From: a virus
Lineage: Duplodnaviria > Caudoviricetes
DNA: 32,388 nt
IMG/VR virus record: IMGVR_UViG_3300030606_000034
Coordinates: 1-32,388 of that record
Strand: one strand, 5' to 3'
The notes under the pieces are model-generated. The model was not told where the DNA came from. It was given only the letters and a program-made list of their open reading frames with translations, and did no database searches. The translations under genes were made by a program, and so were the position numbers. Shown here one piece after another: positions 17,843 to 25,584 of the stretch. Within the stretch, counting starts at the first letter, position 1; each line of letters begins with the position of its first letter.

Positions 17843-18108
17843 ATCCCGTTGTCTCGCTTCCACACCGTTGAAAGCGACACGCCGATCTTGGCCGCGATCG
17901 CCTCATAGGTATGGCCAGCCTCGCGCATTCTCTTGATGCGAGGAATGTTGACATGACTTGTCAGCTTCGGAACATAAAGCACCTCGACCGTCGTGAAGCG
18001 ATGCCCGCAGGAGCAGATGCGACGACGGCGTATCTTGTTGCAGCCGCGCCTCGTCTCGATCGTTTCGGACGAGGTACGATGACAGGCAGGGCATTCGATA
18101 CCGGACAT
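17839..18108 (-). CDS. NrdR-like Zn ribbon fused to an HTH (putative regulator)
   Basis: CPAC...ETR...IRRRRICSCGHRFTTVE followed by GHTYEAIAAKIGVSLSTVWK. Confidence 0.8.
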   Translation of the reverse strand: MSGIECPACHRTSSETIETRRGCNKIRRRRICSCGHRFTTVEVLYVPKLTSHVNIPRIKRMREAGHTYEAIAAKIGVSLSTVWKRDNGI

Positions 18109-18416
18109 CACAGCACCCTCCCGTCGTCGACGGACTGGCCGCATGTCGGGCAGACCGCAGGATCGAGGCAGGCGGACACCGCATCCATGAACGCCTTGGC
18201 TTCCTCGTCCGGCAGGCGAGCCGCATGTTCCATGGCCGCGCCGACGATCGCCCGGTTGTGTCGTGTCGGAACGTGGCCGCCGTTGCCGACGTGGCCGCCC
18301 TCCCTCCAGTCATATGGCTTGTCCCAGCGCGTGACCATCGAGCGGTCAGTGCCGGCCGCTTCCGCCAGCTTGCCTTTGCCGCCGAACAGTTCGGCGAGTG
18401 TTTCGACCTGGCTCAT
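18108..18416 (-). CDS. Cro-like HTH regulator with C-terminal CxxC
   Basis: LFGGKGKLAEAAGTDRSMVTRW...GG.VP; CPTCG; near the divergent promoter. Confidence 0.75.
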   Translation of the reverse strand: MSQVETLAELFGGKGKLAEAAGTDRSMVTRWDKPYDWREGGHVGNGGHVPTRHNRAIVGAAMEHAARLPDEEAKAFMDAVSACLDPAVCPTCGQSVDDGRVL

Positions 18417-18685
18417 GAGTTCTGTTCCTTGTATTTGGCGATGTTCGCAACGATTTCGCCGATGCCTCCACCGCCCGGTCCAAAGGCTTTCTCGATCGCC
18501 TCCCTGCCGATTACATGGCGCGCTGCCTCCAATTCTTCCGGGGTCTTGAAAGTGGCGATCGGCTTAGGACCATCCGGGAACTGCCTCTTGTATTCTGCGT
18601 TCGCTTCGGCTTCGCAGTAGAGGCAACCGCGCCCTTGGCAGAAGCGGCAATCGCGGTAACGCTTTCCATCAAATCGCATCGTCAT
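18413..18685 (-). CDS. Hypothetical protein with CxxCxGxGCxxC motif
   Basis: GAAGGA SD; first gene of the leftward operon. The 5' extension in the ORF track is antisense to HNH. Confidence 0.72.
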   Translation of the reverse strand: MTMRFDGKRYRDCRFCQGRGCLYCEAEANAEYKRQFPDGPKPIATFKTPEELEAARHVIGREAIEKAFGPGGGGIGEIVANIAKYKEQNS

Positions 18686-18703
18686 GCTTTTTTCCTTCAC
18701 CGG

Positions 18704-18756
18704 TTGACAGAATTTATTTCTGGTCGTATTCCTACCCGACATTGACGCGATGTCAA
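18704..18756. promoter_or_regulatory. Divergent sigma70-like promoters with a palindromic operator
   Basis: Rightward TTGACA-17-TATTCC (18704-18732); leftward TTGACA at 18756-18751; TTGAC-N5-GTCAA at 18742-18756. Confidence 0.65.
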
Positions 18757-18775
18757 GACCTGCCAGGAGACGCAA

Positions 18776-19336
18776 ATGCCAGCCGCACGCATCACCAGAG
18801 AGCAAGCCATGGAGCTTTTCGTCTATGACGACGATGCCGGCAAACTCTACTGGCGAGAGCGACCGGCTAGCCATTTTACGCATGAGGCATACCAGCGCGC
18901 ATGGAATACCAAGTACGCCGGACGACAAGCCGGGTCGATATCGCTGAACGGCTATCGTCGCGTCAACATCGGCGGCTGCTTTCAGTACACGCACCGCATC
19001 ATATGGCTTCTGGAGACTGGCGAATGGCCGGACGAGATTGATCATATCAATGGACGCCGGACAGACAACCGTTTCGCAAACATGCGGGAAGTCGACCGCA
19101 AGACGAACGGCAAGAACGCCAGTCGTAGCGTTAGCAACAGCAGCGGAGTGACCGGCGTGTCGTTCGACCGTTCGTATCGCAGATGGGTCGCGTACATCAC
19201 AGTCGACGGGGCCAAGGTTCACGTCGGACAATCTACCAATAAAGCAGCAGCCATCGCCATGCGAAAGGCGGCAGAGCGCGAATACGGTTATCATCACAAC
19301 CACGGAAAGGAACCTGCCAGTGCCTATAAAAATTGA
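18776..19336 (+). CDS. HNH endonuclease with AP2-like domain
   Basis: HRIIW...IDHINGRRTDNRFANMR, SSGVTGVSF, W.AYI and AAIA.RKAAE motifs. Confidence 0.92.
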   Translation: MPAARITREQAMELFVYDDDAGKLYWRERPASHFTHEAYQRAWNTKYAGRQAGSISLNGYRRVNIGGCFQYTHRIIWLLETGEWPDEIDHINGRRTDNRFANMREVDRKTNGKNASRSVSNSSGVTGVSFDRSYRRWVAYITVDGAKVHVGQSTNKAAAIAMRKAAEREYGYHHNHGKEPASAYKN

Positions 19337-20126
19337 GGATGACGCGTCTTATCACGCTGGAGAAGGCGTATCAAAATCCGGTCTTTGGACCCTTTGGAGC
19401 AAGACCCCTTTCCATTATCGCTACGGCGTTCGAGAGAGCCGGCCGCAGTTCGACGTAGGCAAGGCCGCGCACATCGCCATCCTTGAACCGGAGCGGCTTG
19501 AAACCTCGATCACGCGCGGTCCTGTCGATCGGCGCGGCAACAAGTGGAAAGAGGCGCAGGACTTCGCCGAGTTCCACAAGACCATCCTGTTGACGGAAGG
19601 AGACTTCGAACAGGTGATGCTGATCCGCGATCTTGCCGCAACGTCGTCAATCCTCGACACCATGCGAGACGGCGGCGCGATCGTCGAGACGAGCGCCTAC
19701 CATGTCGACGAGGAAACCGGCGTCTTGGTGAAGACCCGCCCCGACATGTACAACCCCAAGCACAAGATCATCTGCGACATCAAGAACATGGCGGACGGCA
19801 GCGCTGGAGCGTTCAGCCGGGACGTTGCCAAGTTCGGCTATCACGTTCAGGAAACCATGTATTCCGACGTGTGGGAGAAAGGCAGCGGCAACGAGGTCGA
19901 GGCGTTCGTATTCGTTGTGTTCGAGAAGTCCGAGCCGCCCATGCTGGCCGCCTATGAACTCGACAGCGACGCCGCCAAGGAAGGCCATGCGATCTATCGC
20001 GCGGCGCTGGCGAAGTACGCCGAGTGCCTGAAGGCTGACAACTGGCCGGGCTATCCCGACGAGGTGCAACGCATCGGCCTGCGGTCGAAGTGGGACTTCA
20101 AGATGGTTGAGCCGGAGGGCGAGTAA
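19320..20126 (+). CDS. RecE/exonuclease VIII-like PD-(D/E)XK nuclease
   Basis: YHA..GVSKSGL, G.A.H..ILEP, KTRPD, DIK, YHVQ..Y, F.FV..EK and WPGY motifs; upstream of RecT. Confidence 0.9.
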   Translation: MPIKIEDDASYHAGEGVSKSGLWTLWSKTPFHYRYGVRESRPQFDVGKAAHIAILEPERLETSITRGPVDRRGNKWKEAQDFAEFHKTILLTEGDFEQVMLIRDLAATSSILDTMRDGGAIVETSAYHVDEETGVLVKTRPDMYNPKHKIICDIKNMADGSAGAFSRDVAKFGYHVQETMYSDVWEKGSGNEVEAFVFVVFEKSEPPMLAAYELDSDAAKEGHAIYRAALAKYAECLKADNWPGYPDEVQRIGLRSKWDFKMVEPEGE

Positions 20127-20375
20127 ATGAGCCACGCCGCCGCCGACATTCGCTACGCAGTCGACGCGCTACAGCAGACGCTTATGGCGGTCGGCCTTCG
20201 TCTAGACGCCATAACAGTCGGCAGCGACGCGAGCGAGGCCGAGGCGTCGCGCCGCTTCATGCACTACGCCTTGAACGATATGGCCAGGCTCATCACGTTC
20301 GACGATCCGCCGCCACAGCACGTCACCTATCTTGGCGTCGTGTCCATCCACTTTGCAGGAGCGAAAACAAAATGA
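20127..20375 (+). CDS. Hypothetical protein
   Basis: Abuts the upstream stop; ATGA coupled to RecT. Confidence 0.7.
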   Translation: MSHAAADIRYAVDALQQTLMAVGLRLDAITVGSDASEAEASRRFMHYALNDMARLITFDDPPPQHVTYLGVVSIHFAGAKTK

Positions 20376-21370
20376 CCACCGCCCTTACCACCGTCGAGAA
20401 ATCCCGCGACATGGCCGCCTACTTCGAAGGTGCGAAAGACAAGTTCGCTTCATTCATGGAGGAGGGCGAAGTCGGGAAGTTCATGCGCGTTCTCAACAAC
20501 GCGATCCTGCGCGATCCGGAGATCGCCACGGCCAGCAAGCAGAGCGTGTTCCTCGAATGCCAGAAGGCCGCCGCCGATGGACTTGTCCTCGACGGCCGCG
20601 AAGCGGTCTTGACCCGCTTCAAGTCGAACAAACGCATCCAGCAAGGCGGCAAGTGGGTCGACAACTGGCAGACCGAAGTCGTCTATATCCCGATGATCAA
20701 GGGCTTGCGCAAGCTGGTCCTCCAGTCGCCACAGGTGGCGTCGTGGAACACCGGCCTTGTGTACGAAAAGGAATACGACGAGGGCCGGTTCGACTACACG
20801 GCCGAGCCTCCTATGCTCCTTCACAAGCCGATCATCGTCGGCGATCGAGGACCGGTTGTCGCCGCCTATTCCGTCGTGCGTCTGCGCAACGGGCAGGTAT
20901 CGATCATGGTCATGACGCGCGGCGCGCTGGACCGGATCAAGGGCCGCACCAAATCGAAGAAGCCGGCAAAGGGCAACGAGCCGGAGAAGATCACCGGGCC
21001 ATGGGCGACCGACGAGGAGGAAATGTTCATCAAGACCGTCGCGCGCCGGCACTTCAAGAGCCTTCCGCTTGGCGGCAAGATCGACGACGCCGTGACCCGC
21101 GTCGACGGCCTGTATGATTACGATCAGGAGACAGGCGAGATCGCCGATGACGCGCCACCTGTTCCGGTCGCCAAGGCTGTCGCGAACAAGAAGAAGACCA
21201 GCGCCAAGGAAAAGCTTGAGGCCGCGCGACCGAAGCCCGGCCCCGATCCCGACGGCGATCCGGCCGGCGACGGCACTGGAACGACCATCGAACACGAGGA
21301 AGCCGAGATCGACGAGGGAGAGGAGAAAGAGCCGATCGAAGGCGAGATACTGCCCGAAGACGAGTTTTAA
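20372..21370 (+). CDS. recT: RecT-family single-strand annealing protein
   Basis: AAADGLVLDGREA, KGLRKL, VAAYSV and GPWATD.EEM..KTVARR..K.LP motifs; acidic tail. Confidence 0.9.
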   Translation: MTTALTTVEKSRDMAAYFEGAKDKFASFMEEGEVGKFMRVLNNAILRDPEIATASKQSVFLECQKAAADGLVLDGREAVLTRFKSNKRIQQGGKWVDNWQTEVVYIPMIKGLRKLVLQSPQVASWNTGLVYEKEYDEGRFDYTAEPPMLLHKPIIVGDRGPVVAAYSVVRLRNGQVSIMVMTRGALDRIKGRTKSKKPAKGNEPEKITGPWATDEEEMFIKTVARRHFKSLPLGGKIDDAVTRVDGLYDYDQETGEIADDAPPVPVAKAVANKKKTSAKEKLEAARPKPGPDPDGDPAGDGTGTTIEHEEAEIDEGEEKEPIEGEILPEDEF

Positions 21371-21387
21371 CCGCAGGAGCAAACGAC

Positions 21388-21651
21388 ATGACAGAGCATA
21401 AAGGACTACCGGTCGCCGGCTATCAGGAGACGCAATCGCAGGAAAGCGTCAACCTCGTCAACGAGGCGAAGGCGCTGGAGGAGCGCACCTTGCGCTTTGC
21501 CGACAAGCTCAAGGGTATGGGAACGTCGGCAGATCAGCGCCGCGTCGCCATCGGCGTCACCAACATCGAGCTTGGTTTCACGCAGCTTTGCAAGGCGATC
21601 TTCGCGCCGACCGGATCACGGATCGCGCTTCCGGAGGACAACAAGGAATAG
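21388..21651 (+). CDS. acb2: Acb2-like anti-CBASS cyclic-oligonucleotide sponge
   Basis: 87 aa; AGY...LVN..K and R..AI..T.I..G...L.KAI..P match the Acb2 pattern from memory; AGGAG SD. Confidence 0.8.
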   Translation: MTEHKGLPVAGYQETQSQESVNLVNEAKALEERTLRFADKLKGMGTSADQRRVAIGVTNIELGFTQLCKAIFAPTGSRIALPEDNKE

Positions 21652-21764
21652 CCGCGAGGCTATCGCGACGAGGCGAGCAATCGCCATGTGGCAAGGCACG
21701 CTACAGACCTTCGATAAGCCGGAGATTGCCGGGCAATCCTTATCGTAAATCAGTGGCCGTCGCG
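21648..21764 (+). ncRNA. Candidate structured RNA (multibranch, GNRA tetraloops)
   Basis: Closing stem CGCGACG/CGTCGCG encloses three hairpins; GCGA and GCAA tetraloops. Confidence 0.5.
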
Positions 21765-21807
21765 TCATCTACACCAGGATCAAACATCAACAGGAGACAC
21801 ACCGACA

Positions 21808-22236
21808 ATGACCATCACCGCTACACCTGCCGCCGCGCCAATGACCACGGTCCACGGTTTCGCCGTGCAGATACTCGCATTCATCCCGATCCCGAAAGAC
21901 GATCTCAAGCGGCAGATCGAAGTCAGCCAGGCGCTTATCGATCTTGGCGAGGGAACCAAGACCATCGCCGATCTCGTGCCCTTCATGAAAGGCGTCGAGT
22001 TCCGGCAACAGCACGTCGGCAAGCGCGTCACCGTCGAGGAGGCGAATAGCTGGAAGGCTCAGGCGCAACTGCCGCTGGACGAACAGACGGCCGAGGAGAA
22101 GGACGCCGAGGCCGAGGAGGCGAGCCAGCCGGAGCCGAAGGCCGCCAAGGGCAAGGGCAAAGCCAAGCCACCGGCCGACGCCGATGAGGACTTCGACGAC
22201 ATCGATCCGGCCGACATGGACGGCGGAGACGATTGA
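21808..22236 (+). CDS. Hypothetical protein with acidic C-terminus
   Basis: AGGAG SD; phage-like codon usage. Confidence 0.78.
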   Translation: MTITATPAAAPMTTVHGFAVQILAFIPIPKDDLKRQIEVSQALIDLGEGTKTIADLVPFMKGVEFRQQHVGKRVTVEEANSWKAQAQLPLDEQTAEEKDAEAEEASQPEPKAAKGKGKAKPPADADEDFDDIDPADMDGGDD

Positions 22237-22261
22237 CGCCGGGTCAAACTGATGGCATAAA
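22233..22261 (+). promoter_or_regulatory. Putative promoter overlapping a TTGAC-N5-GTCAA palindrome
   Basis: TTGACG-17-CATAAA with TGn; palindrome at 22233-22247. Confidence 0.5.
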
Positions 22262-22316
22262 GGAGAGCCGGTCAAGACCAAGACAAGACCAAGACCAAGA
22301 CCGGCTCTTTCCTTTT
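22259..22316 (+). repeat. Hairpin enclosing an AAGACC x5 microsatellite (terminator/attenuator-like)
   Basis: AGAGCCGGTC/GACCGGCTCT stem; AAGAC(C) five times at 22274-22302; pyrimidine tail. Confidence 0.8.
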
Positions 22317-22333
22317 AACCATAGGAGCATCCG

Positions 22334-23263
22334 GTGAAAGAACTGTTCAAACCATGCAAGTTCAACTCTCGCGTCCTTGAGCGCATCAGGCTTTGCAACA
22401 CGATCTTGGAAAACTATGCGGCGCGCGGCTACAAGGTCACGTTGCGATCCCTTTATTACCAACTTGTCGTGCGCAACGACATCGAGAACAGCCAGCAGTC
22501 TTACAAACGCCTCGTCGACACGCTGACCAAAGCCAGGCTTGCCGGCCTCGTCGACTGGAAAGCCCTCGAAGACCTTGAGCGCCCGCTGCAAGGTGGATAC
22601 GGCGGATACCGTGATCCGCAAAACTTCTTCGACAGCATCGAAGGCGGATACTTCAAGGACCAATGGGAAGGCCAGCCCGTCTATGTCGAGGTGTGGGTTG
22701 AGAAGAACGCGCAGCTAGGCGTGATCTCCGTTCCATGCAATCGCTTCCAGGTCCGCTACATGTCCTGCAAGGGCTACCTGTCGCAGACGGCGCACTATGA
22801 GGCCGGAAAGCGGTTTCAGGGAAAGGCGCGCGACGGCAAGGAGTGCATCATCATCCATCTAGGCGACCACGATCCGAGCGGCATCGACATGACGCGCGAT
22901 CACGTCGACAAGATCGACATGTTTGCGCAGCTTCACGACGTCGAGGTTAAGAGGATCGCCTTGCACATGGAGCAGATCGAGGAGTTGAACTTGCCGCCCA
23001 ACCCGGCCAAGGAAAGCGACAGCCGATATGCAGGATACCGCGATCGGTTCGGCGATCAGTCTTGGGAACTCGACGCGCTTGAGCCGCAATACACGGACGC
23101 GCTTGTGTCCAGGCACATCGAAGAACTGATCGACCAGGACATCCTTGCTGAACTAAGGAACCGCGAGGCCGAGGAAAGCGCAGAGGTGAACGAAACCGCA
23201 AGAGCGCTCGCCGAGAACTATGATGCGATCCGCAACCACATGCGCGACCAGGGCATGATCTAA
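22334..23263 (+). CDS. Topo VI-A/Spo11-like TOPRIM protein (Mini-A-like)
   Basis: TLRSLYYQL (winged-helix tyrosine motif), VWVEK, LGDHDPSG and WELDAL motifs. Confidence 0.75.
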   Translation: MKELFKPCKFNSRVLERIRLCNTILENYAARGYKVTLRSLYYQLVVRNDIENSQQSYKRLVDTLTKARLAGLVDWKALEDLERPLQGGYGGYRDPQNFFDSIEGGYFKDQWEGQPVYVEVWVEKNAQLGVISVPCNRFQVRYMSCKGYLSQTAHYEAGKRFQGKARDGKECIIIHLGDHDPSGIDMTRDHVDKIDMFAQLHDVEVKRIALHMEQIEELNLPPNPAKESDSRYAGYRDRFGDQSWELDALEPQYTDALVSRHIEELIDQDILAELRNREAEESAEVNETARALAENYDAIRNHMRDQGMI

Positions 23264-23298
23264 GCGAGGGGTAAGCCTCCCAAGCACTCCCTCGCACC

Positions 23299-23335
23299 GA
23301 CGCCGCGTCATGCCCTTGACGCGGCGTCTTTTTTG
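23299..23335 (+). terminator. Intrinsic terminator
   Basis: 12-bp stem GACGCCGCGTCA/TGACGCGGCGTC followed by a T-tract. Confidence 0.88.
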
Positions 23336-23399
23336 TGGCCTTGATACGAGCAAGCGTCTAGACACTTGCGTCAAACGCCTACTGCCAGGAGATACCTAT

Positions 23400-24095
23400 A
23401 TGTTACCCGCACAATCAGGCATCTATTGCATCGAACACGCTGACAGCGGCCGTGTGTACGTTGGCTCCGCACTCAATATGAGAGGCCGTGTCGAGCTACA
23501 TATCCGGCTACTGTCGGCCGGCAACCACCACTCGCCCATCCTTCAACGTTCGTGGGTCAAATACGGTAGCGACGCATTCGATATCTATGTGCTCGAAATC
23601 GTGCCGGATCACAATCGACTGTCTACGGCAGAGCAAATGTGGATCGACCGCCTACAAGCGGTAGGAAAGAACGGCTTCAATATCATGCCGACGGCAAGCC
23701 GCCACGGTAGCGGCAAAGGCACCCCCGCCTCTCCCAAGTACCGCCAACGCTGCTGCAACGAGTGTGGCCAGCCCTACCAGCCCGGCCGCGCGGATCAATT
23801 CTTCTGTGTCCGCAAGTGCCGCATGGATTTCGAGAACCGCATGATGACACGCGGTCGCGAACTCTATTCCCTTTTCATGGTCATGCGCTACGAGCGCGGC
23901 GTCGCCAGGATGCGCGGCGTATGGGCGATAGCCTGCCGCCTGGCGCAAGGATGGCGCGAGGAGGACGAGCGCGAGCGCGACGGCCGCCAGTCATGGATAC
24001 CGGCAAAGCGCGCGCTGGCGAAGTTCCCCGTAACCATGACGGTCGCCGACGTGTACGTGAAGCAAGAGAAGTTCGGCCGGGCTGGCGTGCGCTGA
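23400..24095 (+). CDS. GIY-YIG endonuclease domain fused to a C-terminal Cys-rich domain
   Basis: SGIYCI...VYVGSA...R...H, EQ.WID and GFNI; then CNECG...FC...C; AGGAG SD before the ATG at 23400. Confidence 0.82.
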   Translation: MLPAQSGIYCIEHADSGRVYVGSALNMRGRVELHIRLLSAGNHHSPILQRSWVKYGSDAFDIYVLEIVPDHNRLSTAEQMWIDRLQAVGKNGFNIMPTASRHGSGKGTPASPKYRQRCCNECGQPYQPGRADQFFCVRKCRMDFENRMMTRGRELYSLFMVMRYERGVARMRGVWAIACRLAQGWREEDERERDGRQSWIPAKRALAKFPVTMTVADVYVKQEKFGRAGVR

Positions 24096-25571
24096 TCACA
24101 CGCCGTGCAGAGGCCGAGGGTCAGGCACTTCGAACAGCGCGATCCGCTCGACCACCGCAACGCCAACGCCAACAGCCTGCCCGTCGATGTCGATTTGGCA
24201 CGCAGGAGCTTGCGTAGTCACGCCCACTGGCACTTGCCACGGCGGACCGAGGATATCCAACACGACTTCCTCCGAAGCCTCGATCCGAGCGTCAGCAGCG
24301 GGAGAGGCCATGCCACCGGATGCAAAAAGCGCGGTCGCAACGTTGCGCCATCCTGTCCAGGCACCAAGTCGCACGCGAATGTAGCTCCTCACCCAACTGC
24401 CCGGCGTCACCGGGATAGTTCCTGCCGCCCTCGAAATGATGAACACTTCCCGCGCAGAACCGGCCGCTTGTATCGTGAACGTCAACACCTGCTTGTCGGC
24501 ACCGTTCTTCGACTTGACGCAGGTGCAGGTTCCCGCTCCCTGGAACGCAGCGATCCAGCCCGCAGCAGTCGGCCCGCTGCTCCTTGTCGCGCCGCCGCCG
24601 CCAGTTCCCGCCATTTGCGAAAGCAGTTCAAGGCTTGGCGATGTCGGGATGTAGCTAAACGCTTCTGGAAATAACGGCTGGAGTACCGGAAGTAACGACG
24701 CGCCGCCAGCCTGTGCTCCAGTTCGCGACGGATGCGTGCCGTCGAGGGTGTACCCGGCTATAGGTCTGCCCGCCCCGTCATCGTACGCCAGGTTGACATC
24801 CCAAAGATGAACGTTCGGCGCAGCAGGAGCATAGGCACGGATCAGCGTGTTGATGTCTTGAAGGATGATCAGGCGCGGATCAGCATCCGGAAGTGCCGAC
24901 ACCCCTTCCGGCCGAACCGTCGAGAGGATTACCGGGATGCCGCGCGACGTGCACTTATCGCAAGCGGCTTTAAGATTGGCCATCGTCGTGGCGGCTGGAA
25001 CGCTCCCGTTCACGTCGTTCACACCGACTGAGATAATGACCACGGCCGGCGAGTAAGCCAGCAGGGCATCGACGCGCGCCAGCGCTTGCGCCGAGGTGTT
25101 GTCGCCGATGCCGGCGTTCATGCCCGTAAAGTCGGGCACCGCGTCACCATCGTACCAAGTGTCGTATTCGAAATGCGGCCAGAGCGCGTTCGCCCAAGCT
25201 ATCTCGCCGAGGCCCATCGTCCAGCCGAACGCGTTGGTCGCGGACCAGACATGATTGGCCTGCATGATGCTGTCGCCGAGGAAACCAAGGCGTGACCGTG
25301 CCAGTCTCCCCTTACCGATCAGGGCACCATCGTCCCACAGCCGCTTACCGCCAACGTCGGAATACCATCGGCCGTCACCGGCATCGAAGACGCCAGGTAT
25401 CGCCGCCGCCAGCGCTTGAGCGCCGCGCAGGCGTTTTCCGCCTACGTCGAAGTACCAGCCGCCAACGCCATCCGACTGGATACCGTAGCCGGCAGCGGCG
25501 AGAGCTTCCGCGTGATAATAGCGCTCGCCATCAACGTCGAGAACGAGCCGGCGTCCATCAAACTCGAACAT
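24096..25571 (-). CDS. SGNH/GDSL hydrolase-domain protein (possibly a virion esterase)
   Basis: LGDSI, NAGIGD, GVND and DGTHP blocks; N-terminal repeats; GAGGG SD before the ATG at 25571. Confidence 0.85.
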   Translation of the reverse strand: MFEFDGRRLVLDVDGERYYHAEALAAAGYGIQSDGVGGWYFDVGGKRLRGAQALAAAIPGVFDAGDGRWYSDVGGKRLWDDGALIGKGRLARSRLGFLGDSIMQANHVWSATNAFGWTMGLGEIAWANALWPHFEYDTWYDGDAVPDFTGMNAGIGDNTSAQALARVDALLAYSPAVVIISVGVNDVNGSVPAATTMANLKAACDKCTSRGIPVILSTVRPEGVSALPDADPRLIILQDINTLIRAYAPAAPNVHLWDVNLAYDDGAGRPIAGYTLDGTHPSRTGAQAGGASLLPVLQPLFPEAFSYIPTSPSLELLSQMAGTGGGGATRSSGPTAAGWIAAFQGAGTCTCVKSKNGADKQVLTFTIQAAGSAREVFIISRAAGTIPVTPGSWVRSYIRVRLGAWTGWRNVATALFASGGMASPAADARIEASEEVVLDILGPPWQVPVGVTTQAPACQIDIDGQAVGVGVAVVERIALFEVPDPRPLHGV

Positions 25572-25584
25572 GGAGATTTTTCCC

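Noticed and set aside
18686-19303. N-terminal extension of the 18413 ORF to 296 aa
   Set aside because: It overlaps the HNH gene and promoter region on the opposite strand; a good SD supports the start at 18685.
21664-21767. Possible tRNA (7-bp closing stem, cloverleaf-like)
   Set aside because: No D-loop GG in the right place, no TTC T-loop arm and no CCA; kept only as an unknown structured RNA.
23299-23328. Two more GAC-N5-GTC operator-like matches
   Set aside because: Fully explained as the arms of an intrinsic terminator.
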